Source: Lama glama (lineage: Eukaryota). Taken from it: a stretch of 64,000 nt of DNA. Numbering within the stretch: the stretch's first letter is position 1; each line of letters starts with the position of its first letter. Under the pieces are notes generated by a model. It was not told the DNA's origin. It saw only the letters and a list, made by a program, of their open reading frames with translations, and did no database searches. Positions 40,900 to 52,500 of this stretch are shown here, piece after piece. The translations under genes and the position numbers were made by a program. The stretch is taken from contig CM052817.1 of NCBI GenBank assembly GCA_028534125.1, forward strand, positions 90,212,001 to 90,276,000. The letters run 5' to 3'.

Positions 40900-41440
40900 A
40901 AAAAAATGATGATGGAAAGAGAATGGAAGAAAAGATAGAGTGACAGGGTTTTTAAAGCTGGACAAAAAAATATAGCAAAGACCTTAAAGGACTGGAAAAA
41001 ACTAAATTCTAATAGTGGGGAAAACCAAGAGTTAATCTGATGAACAATTCAGAATTTCCAAAAGGCTCAAAAATTGGTAGCACCATCACTTTGGGATGGT
41101 ATGAAGAGAAGGGAGAGCTACAATAAAAGGTAAGGGTGAAAGTCTGTGTGATGTTAAAACTGCTTTCTCAGGGACAATTCCAGTAGCAACTGTTCTTCAT
41201 AAGTCAGTGTAATCTCACAAAGATTGCCAAGAATGTGAATGTTGGAGCCCCAAATAGCAAATAAGTGAATAGAATTTGGGGAAAAAAAGATGAGGCTGAA
41301 AGATTAAAACTTGAGAAGAAAAAGAGTATACTGAGTGATAAGAGATCATATTGAAAGCAATAGAAAAACTAGGATATTATATTTTTAGAAAGAGGGGGAA
41401 GTTCTTGGAAATTAAAACTAGAAAAGGAACTTTCAGATCT
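40900..41440 (+). mobile_element. HAL1 (half-L1) 5' portion
   Basis: agtggggaaaaccaagag...aaaaggctcaaaaattggtagcacca...gtgaaagtctgt and gttcttggaaattaaaa motifs recalled from HAL1. Confidence 0.55.
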
Positions 41441-41489
41441 TAAATTGCACTGCTGCATTCCCCTGGTAAACTTCTCAAAAATAACGCTT

Positions 41490-43030
41490 TCACACTCTCC
41501 CTTCTCTCTTCAGGCCTCTCATGCCTTCTCTTCTCCTCTCTCAGCTCCTGACCTGACCTCCTATTTCCATGGAGAAAATAGAAACAAATGATTGTTTACT
41601 CAGTTTTCTACTACCAAATCTGCAACCTACGTCTGCTCCCACACCCTCTGCTTCTCTCTTCGCACAATATTTAATGTGGTCCTTCCCCGTCAGCAACCAA
41701 TCCCTCACTGACTTCCTGGATCTCAACTTCTCTTGCCTACTCCAGAGTCCTTCTCTGGTAGCTCTTCTCTAGCTGTTGTACCATCAGCTTCTCCCTCTAT
41801 ACTGGATCTGCCCTCCCAGTGTGCAGATATGCCTCCGTATCTGTCATCTTCAAAAGTGACAACTCTTTGATCTCCCATCTTTCTCCACCTACCACCCCAT
41901 GCCTTATCTCTTCTCCTGGATCAAAGTGTCTGTGGTGACTGCCTCTGCAACTTTACTTCCTCAGCCAAATATCTAAATCTCACTCCACTATTGAAAACTA
42001 CTCTTGTTGAAGTCACCAGGGACCTCATTGTTGCCAAACCAATGGTTTCCTTCTGTCTTCATCCTACTATCCTTAAATAATAGTTCAACTCAGCTGACCA
42101 TGCTTTCCTTTCTAAACGCTTTCTTGGTCTAGAGTTCATGATCACTCATAATTCGTTCTCTTCTTACCCCTCAGGCTCAATCTTCTTTGTTATTCTTATT
42201 CCTCTTTTGATTTCTTGATGTTAACGTGTCCCAAGGGCTTGGTCCTAGGACCTCTTGACTTTCTACATCTCTAGAAATATCATCCAGTTTCAGGCAGTAA
42301 ACATCACCTAGATCCCAAATGAACCCTACTTTTGTTTTGTTTTAGTCCTGATCTCCATCGTGGGTTTCCCACTCATATAACATAGTGCTTACTCAACATA
42401 ACACCATGATTTCTAGAGAAGACTTGCAGCAATGGTACATATCAAATGTGTATACTGAATCATATCTGTAATGATTAGAAAAGTGATTCTTCTTATTAGT
42501 GGGTTCCTATAAGAATGTCACCTTTTAATTATTTTAATATCATTCCTGACATTGCAATTTTAATGTGTCCAAAGCCAAACTCTTTGCCTTCAAAACCATT
42601 TCTCTTCTAGTCTCTGCAACTCAGTGAAATCACATCACCACAACCCAGTTGCTCAATCCAAAAATCTGCTCATCCCCATGACTTTTTTTACCCTTCTTTC
42701 CCTACTGTCACTTACACATAGTATATCACCAAGTCCTGTTGACTCTACTTCCAAAATATATACTTAACCCATCAATTTCTTCCCACCTCCCTTATTGTCA
42801 CCCCAGTTTCCATCACTACCATCTCTCACCTGGCCTAATGCAACAGTGTCTCCCAAATCCTTCTCATTGCACTTAGAATTAAAATCTAAATCTCTTACTG
42901 CAACTTAAAATCTCAACATGATCCAGGGCCTTCCCTCCTCTGACTTCATTCCATACCCCTCTCTCTTCTCTCCTATATTCACTCCCTCCCAACATAATGG
43001 CTGCATTTGAAGTGTTTCAGTCTGAGCAAG
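41490..43030 (+). mobile_element. L2 LINE remnant
   Basis: ctcctatttccatggagaaaatagaa, gtcaccagggacctcattgttgccaaaccaatgg, acccagttgctcaatccaaaaatct, accatctctcacctgg. Confidence 0.8.
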
Positions 43031-43079
43031 TCTGAATTTTTCCTTAAAAGCAACTTCATGTATTTTGTTATTATCTTTG

Positions 43080-43900
43080 CTGTTTGTTGCCTGAAACTTA
43101 GAGGAGTGATTGTCTTTGAAGTCTCATAAAATTAGGACATCCCCTGGAGTTGACAAATCCATATTGATTTTATCTGAAATGTACCACACCCCTTCAATCT
43201 GTGGATTACACCCTGGATTTCAGGAAAGCGCTCTTCAATTATATTTCTGGATACTTTACTTCTCCATTTCTTTTTCCTCTTCCACAGGGTAACAAACTAT
43301 GCATACCCTGTTTCTCCTTTGGCTTCCATATCAGTAACTTTCTCTTTAAGTCCTTTTAAAAAATATTTGTGTTGTCTATTTTTCAGATATACTCTGTCTG
43401 TTGCTGCTCTGTTTTCATCCATATCCTTTTTCCTTCTTTCTGTACTCAGTATGACCTCACAGTTTTTGATAACTTATTTTTTCCCTCATCTTTCTTGAGC
43501 ACCACCAACTAATTTTTCATCATCTTTTGTTGTCTTATTTCGTCCTTAAACCTGTGTCTCTACCATAAGTCCCTGATTCACAGAGGCTGTGTATATCCTC
43601 CAGTTACTTGAACCCACAGACAACTGCATGCATGGTTTTCCTCTGATCTGCAGCAACATTATTCTACTGTGAGTTCTGCATCTTCTTTTTGTTTACTGTA
43701 TGTCTTTCTTCCTTCCCTCTCACTTCCCTTCCTCCCCACCTCCCTGCCTCTCTGTGTGTGGCTTGGAATTTAACCATCTTCTGTTCGCAAAGACCTGGAA
43801 TGGCCAGTAGCTTCCTTTCATAGCCCCTTTCGCTATTTTGGCTCAGGCAATTCAGTAACTCCTGCAGCTGGTACACTACCCCAACCTTATTTCAGACAAG
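43080..43900 (-). mobile_element. Ancient L1/HAL1-like ORF1 remnant
   Basis: ccccttcaatctgtggatt...atttcaggaaag...ttcaattatatttctgga antisense ORF1-type sequence. Confidence 0.5.
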
Positions 43901-43961
43901 GGGTTCTGGAATTAGCTCACACAATCTGGACATTCAATGTACAGCACATGCTCTGCGAGTG

Positions 43962-44247
43962 CAGTCTTTACTCAGCCCACCAGGTATCGTCTCTTGAGTC
44001 TACCTTCCCCAAATCACCTCCTTGATGCACGTTGTATATTGTCTATCAGCTCCTCGCATCCCAATCCTCTGTCAAGTCCGTACTTCCCACATCTGTCAGG
44101 CCTGCATATCTCATGTCATATCCTAGATTCGCTGGCCTGAGGTGTCAGATCCTCATGTCCCATGTCATATCCTGGATCAGCTGGTATGACATCATCTGTC
44201 CAATCCCCACATCCTGTGTAATCTTGAGGATCTGCTTGTCTTACATC
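43962..44247 (-). repeat. Degenerate tandem array, ~27-nt unit, ~11 units, partial two-unit higher-order period (49-54 nt)
   Basis: Plus-strand segments starting 44094, 44143 and 44197 align without gaps (36/47 and 33/49 identity by hand); most minus-strand units start GAT/GAC. Confidence 0.75.
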
Positions 44248-44638
44248 CTCCTGCAGTGGGTGGTCTTTGTCTGTAGCCCATAAGGGTGGCACCCTATCCT
44301 GTGAACCAATGGGTGACTGTTCCCATCAGGGAACAACAGGCAGGGACTGGGAAGAGAGGAGTTCACACACTGCTGGAAACTCTCATGCTCAGAGAAGCGT
44401 AATCCAAAGATCCTTGGTGCCCTGACAAATCTATTTTTGCTGGCAACAGCTTTTTCCTGTGAAGTGTAAGCTCCATGCAAACTCCTGCTAAGACCTGCTT
44501 GAGATGCTCTGCTGTGACAGTGCTGGACATTTCCTCCCTTACAGGACATGACTCTGTCAGGGCCTTGGCCTCTGGTCTCACCTGGAGTGAACATGGTATT
44601 GCTCTGACCCCCTCAAGAAGCCATTCTGCTGTGTGGAC
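43962..44638 (-). pseudogene. Candidate decayed coding exon of an unidentified gene with Asp-rich 9-aa repeats
   Basis: Branch/polypyrimidine/AG acceptor ending 44639, Kozak ATG at 44624, 117-codon open frame, then codon-periodic repeats with frameshifts; no protein family recognised. Confidence 0.3.
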
Positions 44639-45263
44639 CTTGGGAGAAGGTGGGAATGAAAGAGTTAAGGCAATGAAAGCTGCTGAAACAGACAAACACC
44701 TATCTGTATGGTGATCAATAGGAATTCAGTTTCGTGTAGATCATATAAGATAAAAAATACGAACTTCTGATTGAAGGTGTGTTCTTTTCAAAGGCAACTC
44801 AGGTACTCAGGTCATTTCCTTGTGGCTTCACCAGTTTCATTATTTGGCCTGCAAGATCCAAGGTCAAGCTTGTGGAAGGTCAAGGCACAATGGGAGGTTC
44901 ATGGGTGGTTTTATGTTTATGGGTCAGCCCTGGCAGGACAAGCATCTCTTCTGATCACCTTTCCTGATCTCAGTCTTATTCCTTGGTCTCACATCACACC
45001 TGGAACCTGGTGTGCTTGATCTGGCTATGGGTCCAAAGGTCTTGGGTGCGTGCTTGGTCACAGCAGCCAGTCCCTGCCCACAAGTGTCCGTAAGAATGAT
45101 GTGGGTCAGGGCATTGCTGTGTGCGTGGTAAGTTTCTGTTGTGTCCGCAGGATGGGGCTGAGCTGTACTAGGTGGGATCACAGGGTTACTATTCTTTGTG
45201 CCCACACAATGCTTAGGGACACCTGCTCATCCCAGCACCATGACTCTGGCATTACTCTTGGGT

Positions 45264-45398
45264 AAAGGAATGCAAAGCAAAAGAAAGGAAATGCAAGAGA
45301 AGGAAAAGGAGAAAGAAAGGAAGGAGAGAGGGAGGAAGGTAAAAACCAAAAAAGGAGAAAAAGAAAAAGGTAGGGAAGGAGGAGATGGAAGAAAGAGA
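45264..45398. repeat. GA-rich (polypurine/polypyrimidine) low-complexity tract
   Basis: aaaggaatgcaaagcaaaagaaaggaa...ggaaggagagagggaggaagg...ggaagaaagaga. Confidence 0.9.
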
Positions 45399-45399
45399 A

Positions 45400-46420
45400 T
45401 CTGATATATTTGAATGTATTGAGGGAAGATTTATACTTATGAAGAAGATTGGAGAATACTTTGTAGAAAACCAAAAAGAATGAGGCAATTATAAACCTCA
45501 GGGAAATCAATAGATTTAAAAAAAAAAGAAAAAGAAATATAGTTAAAATAAACCATTCAATATAGCTGAGACATAAAATATAATTTGATAATAATAGTGA
45601 AATCATAAGGCAGACATTGACTATTGATTGAACTAAAAATTATTCCATTTCCATCTGGGAAAAGGAGAGGTATTTAGGTGTAGTGGGGAGAGAGGGTGTT
45701 ATAAAGTCTCTCTCCTTGGCCAAACTTTAGACAGGTTTCTTGAGTCCTGTCTTCCATGAGGCCTCCTCCTTGAGCGATGTCTTCAGCCTGCCTAGCCCAG
45801 TTCTAGTAAGGGTCCTGTTAAGTGAGTATAGAAAGAATTCCTCTCACCCTCGATTGTTGATCACTCTTAATATCTGATCAAATTCCTCATTCCCATTCTT
45901 GACATCTGGTCACCCTGGCATGGTCAGTGAAAATCCTAAGTAAGTTTAGCAAGCACCCCCCCACCCTCATATCTCCTCTTGGTCACTTTCCATCCCCTGA
46001 CTCCCTTGCTCTGCTCCCTGGCAACAAATCCCCAGATGTGTTTGCTGTATTCAGAATTGAGCCTGATCTCTCTTTCCTGTTGTGAGAGTCTTGACACCTG
46101 TTGCGATAGTCATGAATAAAGTCTTCCTTACTATGTTAACAAGTATCAAAATATTTTTCAACAGGTATGTATAAAAGAATAAATCCTAATCTTCCATAGG
46201 ACAAGGTAATATACCTAAAAAAAATTATACCAGCTTTAGCATGTTACTAGACACAAGGAGGTAAATATGAAATGGAAAAACTAAAGTTTTAAACGGTCAC
46301 TTTTGTGGGTGAGGGGATGCGGGGAATGACTTTGGGAAAGGGGAAGGGGTGCTACTGCCTTTTCTTCAACCGCGTAGAAGTACTTGGAACCAGATGCATG
46401 TATAACTTTTAGTTTTTCTT
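45400..46420 (+). mobile_element. HAL1 3' portion, interrupted by a MER31-like LTR
   Basis: tttgaatgtattgagggaagattta...gaggcaattataaacctcagggaaa and G-rich 3' end ending gcatgtataacttt. Confidence 0.6.
45699..46163 (+). mobile_element. ERV1 solo LTR (MER31-like)
   Basis: ctctctccttggccaaactttagacagg, gcctgcctagcccagtt, atatctgatcaaattcctcat, gaataaagtcttcctta poly(A) signal, ends aaca; degenerate 4-bp TSD ggtg/ggta. Confidence 0.85.
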
Positions 46421-47019
46421 TAATGCACATGATACTGAATTGAAAAAGAAAATTGTATCATGTGTGTTTATACATATACACATAGATATGTTACAAGCTA
46501 TGGATTTTTAATACTTGGATACATCAAGTCAAAATTCTTTCTTATATATTGAGTTCTTAATTACTAAATAATTAAGATGAGCTTTAAAGTTGTTCAGTGA
46601 GGAGTTAGGACTATTTTCAGAATAGATGTCACAAAAGCTACATGCTTTTCTGCTTGGGCTAGAAGACTGGAAACTGATGAGATGAACTGACCCGACATTT
46701 CTAGTCTGATGTTGAAGAGTGGTCCTTCTCCTGGGCAACAGGAAAGACTTTTCAGGGAAGTGATCTCTTCCTCTAAGACCACACAGGAAACCCCAGTTGA
46801 CACTTCTCATCCTTAGCCCACTGCACTTCGGGCCTTATTTTCTCTTCTCTTTCATCTTTTCCCTTTCCACCCACCCACAAACACGTAGTAGCAAATTCAA
46901 TCAGCCGTGTCTAGGAGCTATCCATACTTGAAGCAAATAGCTGAGATTCATTCAGTCTGAGTTGTTCTTTGTCTCTCAAGGAAAAGAACAGGAAAAAAGG
47001 GGGTGAGAGTGGGGAGAAT

Positions 47020-47480
47020 ATATGCCAATGAGACAAATGCAAAGGCTCCCAAATCATCTCCCTGCATGCTTGTTTCCCTTTTCTCGGATGTCTAATTGCA
47101 AGCTGTGAATATCCACCATCCCACTGTTTCTCAGAAGTCTAATTAGAAGCCAACGTGGCTCTGAATTAGAATAAGTGCAACATTTGCCAATGACGTCTGC
47201 GTTTCGCAGGTGTCACTGCCAAGTGCCAACACTATCCAATATTTGCTCACCACTGCCCACGTGGGACCAAACCCACACTTAATAAGACAGAGACTGCATT
47301 GTCATGACATATGTGCAATAATATTCCTTGCGTTTAAGCCCCAGAAGCACGGTTATTTAGCTAACATAGTCTTCTGCTATAATCATAGCAGTTTTTCTTC
47401 CAGCAGTAAAAGTCTCACCAACTACAGTCAGGCACTTTCTGCTTTCCAATTACTTGCTGATGCTATGCCAAGTGCAGAGT
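47020..47480. promoter_or_regulatory. Candidate enhancer (NFI half-site, CRE-like, E-box and FOX motif cluster)
   Basis: Five TGCCAA, TGACGTC (47191), CAGGTG (47207), TATTTGCT (47240), CACGTG (47258), locally retained CpGs, not repeat-like. Confidence 0.35.
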
Positions 47481-48061
47481 AATATTTTCATGTATCATTA
47501 AACAAATGCAGTTGTGCTCCCCAAACAGGTTTCATTTTGGGCTAAACTACATCCATTAAAGCTTTCATAAATGGCACACCCTTCAGCTTGTAGTTTCTTT
47601 TTCCTCATAAATATTTAAGCTGCACAGATAATACCTCAACTTCCCAGCAAGTGCTGCATTAGCTGGGCAATCTTTAAAGCATAAAACTTTGTAGCAGGAG
47701 AAAACTAGCAAGAGAGAAATAAGCTGTACTCCTAGCAGAAAAACGTAGCAGAATCCTAACATTTCCTTATTTCTAAAAAATAACCTTTTTTCTATAAATA
47801 CAAAAGTAATCATTTGAAAAATATGTATATCAATGACAGCATATGTAAGTGTAGTAGGTACTATGGATTTATACTGAAAAATGGGCAATATTCTTTCTTT
47901 CTGAACACTTACTAAAAGTGAAAATTAAACCTAAGTCCAGAGATGTGAGTGTAGTAATTATAAGAGGGAAATCAAAGGATAAGTCTAATGCTGTATTTTT
48001 GTCAAGGAAAATTTGTGGTGAGCCAAGAAATGTTCCATACAGTGGGTGAATTGCCTTGGCC

Positions 48062-48500
48062 CAGTTAATCAGGGATCATTTGGTTGCTAAGAACTGAAAC
48101 CCAGACCAGCTATCATAACTGAAGGGAGATTTATATTAAGAATGTAAGGAGCGATCCCAGAACCCAAATGCAGAAAGTCATGGGGCACAACTCCTTCCTC
48201 TTCCTCTAAGCTGGAGCCTTAGGCAGCCAGGCTCTGCTCACCTCTCCTTCTGCTCTTTCCCATTCTCTCTAGAAGAACCTTTCTCAGCAAGGTTTCGATT
48301 TCCTCATAATTTTAGTTTACCAGAGGATTCGCTTAAACCCTGAACCAACACCGACCATGACTTTATATAACCCTATGGTTCCAGGGACATGATCTGAAAG
48401 TTACTTTGTGTAACTCAGTTCAGATTCTCTGGAGAAGATGACAACGTCAGCTTGCTTCACATGCTCAGTTCAGCTCAGGCACTCAATGCCAGCTGCATTT
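48062..48500 (-). mobile_element. Old MaLR LTR fragment
   Basis: atcagggatcatttggttgctaagaactgaaaccca...aagggagatttat MLT1-type antisense terminus. Confidence 0.5.
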
Positions 48501-49529
48501 CTAGGCTTACCTTCATCAGAGACCAGAACAATGCAAGGAAAGCAATGTGAATGAGAAAGATATTCCACAAATGTCTATGAAATAGTCTTCAAAAAGATAT
48601 AAATGAAGGTTGAGATTTTGCAAGAAAAGTGAACCCTTATCAAAACAATTGTATATTTCACATTGGAATTTATAACTGCACACACATATAATCCTTATGA
48701 TACTCTTGCGATATATAGAAGATGGTACCATCCTGATTTAAGAAAGAATACTGAAGGTCAGAATGGCAGGACAGAGTGGCTTTTAGATTAATAATTTGGA
48801 TGCAGCCTCCTTAAGTACTCCCAGTGTGCTTATACAGTTGAAGCACTTCAACAACTTCAAACCAGGCTCTTATAAAAACAAAAAAATAAAGGCAGAGGGG
48901 AGCTATATTGATGTGGATGCCATGAACAAAAAAAAGTAGCACTAGCTACTTATCCCCTCATTGTTTTCTCCTGGTCTACGGGAAGAATGCTTTCAAGGAA
49001 GATCAGCTATTTCTCAGCTGGTCTGAATGTGGCTTCAGTTTAGCATGCCCAATAACCATCTATTTAACTGTTAAAGTTGCAAAATAAAAGACACATTATT
49101 AATACTTAAGATAGATTGAGAGGCATAGTCCTGATTGTCCTGTGTCAACCAAGTTGTATCACTATCCTCCTTAAGGTGTATGTATTGTCAATGGCTTGTC
49201 CTTCTGGAATACAATTCAAATTTATGGATCAATCTTTCCTTTCGTGGGGAGAACCAAAATACTGCAGTAAATTTGGATTTCAGGGATTGGGACAGGATGA
49301 ATATTATTACAGCAGAAAATCTCTTGAAATGCTGCCAGGCCCCAGAATTTTCAGTGCTTTTCACCTGTCTCCTATAAGCTAAAGAAAGCCTGGTTCTTCC
49401 ACCATGCAGTGATCAGAAATGAGGTCTCATGACCTTGGAGAAATTTGAGTTATAAGAGTTCTTTAGTAAATATAAAAACCCTTTATAGAAAATATGTTTT
49501 ATAATAGTTTCTCTCGAACTTTGGCTTGC

Positions 49530-52500
49530 TTTTGCAATTTATTAACAGTGGCTTTTGAACAGTAAAAATTTTTAACTTTCATGGGTCTAATATATTAACT
49601 TTTATTTTAATTTTCATGCTTTTGTGTCGTATCTAAGTCACAAAGATTTTTCTTCTATATTTTCTTCCAGAGGCTTTTTATAATTTTAGATTACACAGAT
49701 ACATTCAATATCCACTTTGAGTTAATTTTTGTATATTTTTGTGTGAGATATGCTGTGAGATACAATTATGGTTCAATTTTATTTTTGTTTGTTTATTTAT
49801 CTATTTATTTGCATAAGGATATCCAGTTAGTTGAAAAGAATATTCTATGTGGCTGGATAATATGCCATTTTTTAGATAGATCATTTGTTGCTTATCAGTT
49901 CATCCCTTGATGGATATTTGGATTGTTCCCTCTTTTTGGCTATTATGAATAACACCATTATGAACATTTATGTACAAGTGTTTGTACACAAATTGAAAAT
50001 TGTTTTCAGTCATGTTGGGTTATACTTAGGAGTGGAACTGCTGGGTCATATGGTAGTTACATCTGTAACTTCTTGAGGAACTGTCAAACTGTTTTTTGTC
50101 AATGGCTGTAACATTTATATTTCCACTAGTAATATACAAGGGTTCCGATTTCTTCACATCCTGGTCTACTTTTGTAATCATCTGTCTTTCTGATCATAGT
50201 CGTCCTAGTGAGTATGAAGTGTTACCTTCCTGTGGTTTAGATTTGTATTTCCCTAGTGACCAATTACATTGATCATCTTTTCATATGCTTATTGGACACT
50301 TACATATATGCTTTAGAGAAGTGTTTATATAAACCTTTGCTCATTTTTAAATAGGGTTATTTCTCCATCTATTGTCGAGCTATAATTGTTCTTTTTGTGT
50401 TTGGAATACTAGGTCTTTATTAGATATATGATTTGCAAATATTTTCCTCCATTGTACAAGTTTACTTTCTGATTGTGTCCTTTGATGCACAAAAATTTTA
50501 CATTTTGATGAAGTCCAACTTACTTATTTTTCTTTGGTTGTCTGTGCTCTAGGTGTCACATCTAAGAAATCATCACCTAATCCAAGGTTATTGAGATCTA
50601 TACTATATTTTCTTCTAGGAATTTGATATTTTTAGCTTTTACCTTTAGGAATTTGATTTCTTCATCCAACTTGGGTTTTGTTCAGCTTCTTAGATGTGTA
50701 AATAAATATTTTTAAGCAAATTTGGAAAGATTTGGCTAGTATTTTTTCAGACATTGTTTTCTTCCTGCTCTTCTCTCCTCTCCTTCTGGAATTCTCATCT
50801 ATGTGCTGCTATACTTAATAGTGTCTCAGTTTTCTGAGGCTCTGTTTATTTTTCTTTTCTTTTTTTCTTTTGTTCCTTAGACTGAATAATCTCAATTGAT
50901 CAACCTTCAAGTTTGCTGACTTTTTCTTCCATCTGCTAAAATCTGCTGTTGATTTCCTCTAGCATATTTTTCATTTTAATTACTGTGTTTTCCAACCCAT
51001 AATATCTAGTTTTATTTTATAATTTCTACATCTTTATCAATATTTTTTTTTTGGTAAGACATCAACCTAATGTTTTCCTTTAGTTTTTAGATATGGTGCT
51101 TTAGTTCTTTGAACATATTTCAAATAAAGGATTTAATGTCTTTGTCTAGTAAATCCAGCAGCTGCATTTTCTTAGGGACAGTTTCTATGGGCTGCTTTTT
51201 TTCTGTATATGAGCCATTATTTATTGTTTCTTTGCATATCTCACAATTTTTTGTTGGAAACTGGACATTTTAAATAATAGACTGTGGCAATGTTGGAATT
51301 CAGATGTTTCTCTCTCACCAGGTTTGTTGTTGTTGTTGTTGTTGCTGCTGCTTGTGTAGTGACATCTCTGAACTAATTCTGTAAAGTCATTTTATCATAT
51401 GTGGCTACTGAAATCTCTATCTGGCTGTCAGCCAGTTACTGGACGGAGATTTTTCTTAGATGCCTCAAACCCAGTGAGCCTCCCAGTCTTTACCAAGGGG
51501 TTCTGTATGTGTTCTGGGGCATGCCTTCAACACTCATTCAGAGTTTACAACATCATCTTAGCCTTGACTTCCTTTGTGCACAGAGTCTCAAGATTAGCTG
51601 AAGATGAGAGCTTAGGGTCTTTTCAGGCTTCTTCCTGAGTGTGCACACTGCCCTGGGTATGTGCACAACTGTACACATATGTGTAGCATTCTACACTCCC
51701 TGGAAAATGCTGTAGCCTTTTGATGTCCCTTACAGACATTGGATTCATTCTATAGCGTTTTCTTTTAAGCTTTTGGCTAGCTTATCATTTGCCCCAACTC
51801 TTATCTACCTCTTCAATATTCAATAATTGTATCTGGTTGTTTTGTGATAGTCAAGACTTGCTTGTGATTGATTTTGACAAATGTTTCTAGGAAAAGGTTG
51901 TCTGCAGTAAACTTACTTAATAGTTCTTGAGTACATAGGTAATTATGTCTTTTACAAATACACATTGTGTTACTTTCTTTCCAATTTTTATGCCTTATTG
52001 CACTGGGTAGAACTTCAACCACAGCGTCAAATAGGAGTGATGATAAATGTCATCCTCACCTTTATTCTGATCATGGGGGAAGGAATTCAGGATTTCACCA
52101 TTACCCCTGGGATTCTTGTGGATATCCTTTATATAATTGAGAAAGTTCTCCTCAGTATCCTGTTTGCCAAAAAAATGTTTATGACAGTATGTTGAATTTT
52201 GTCGAATGGTTTTTTTTTGCACCTGTTGATTAATCATATGATTTTTCCATCCTTAAAATGGTAAGTTAAATTGATTAATTTTTCAAATGTTAAACCAACC
52301 TTTTATTCCTGGGGTAAACCCCTCTTGGTTATAGAATATATATACATTAAGCTTTTTGTGCCTGTATTTGTAAGGTATATTGCTTTGTGGTCTTGTTTTT
52401 TATTTTTTATACTATCTTTGTGCCTTTTGATAGCAGGATAATGCAGGCTTCATAAAATGTGTTGGCATTGTTTATTGTTCTCTATTATTTCAAAGAACTT

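Noticed and set aside
43962..44247. Repeat array as a CRISPR-like or prokaryotic repeat-spacer system
   Set aside because: Units are contiguous and degenerate with no conserved repeat/unique spacer alternation, there are no cas-like ORFs, and the context is mammalian
45178..45606. 142-aa F/L/S-rich ORF that looks like a membrane protein
   Set aside because: Product of the antisense purine tract and A-rich HAL1 sequence (low complexity)
47210..47482. 90-aa plus-strand ORF after an AG
   Set aside because: GTG start, no recognisable homology; the region is better explained as regulatory or neutral
32611..48580. Scattered minus-strand GTAAG donor motifs (~32617, ~38107, ~48511) with short open frames as a multi-exon gene
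   Set aside because: Such motifs are expected many times by chance in 64 kb, and the frames do not join into a recognisable protein
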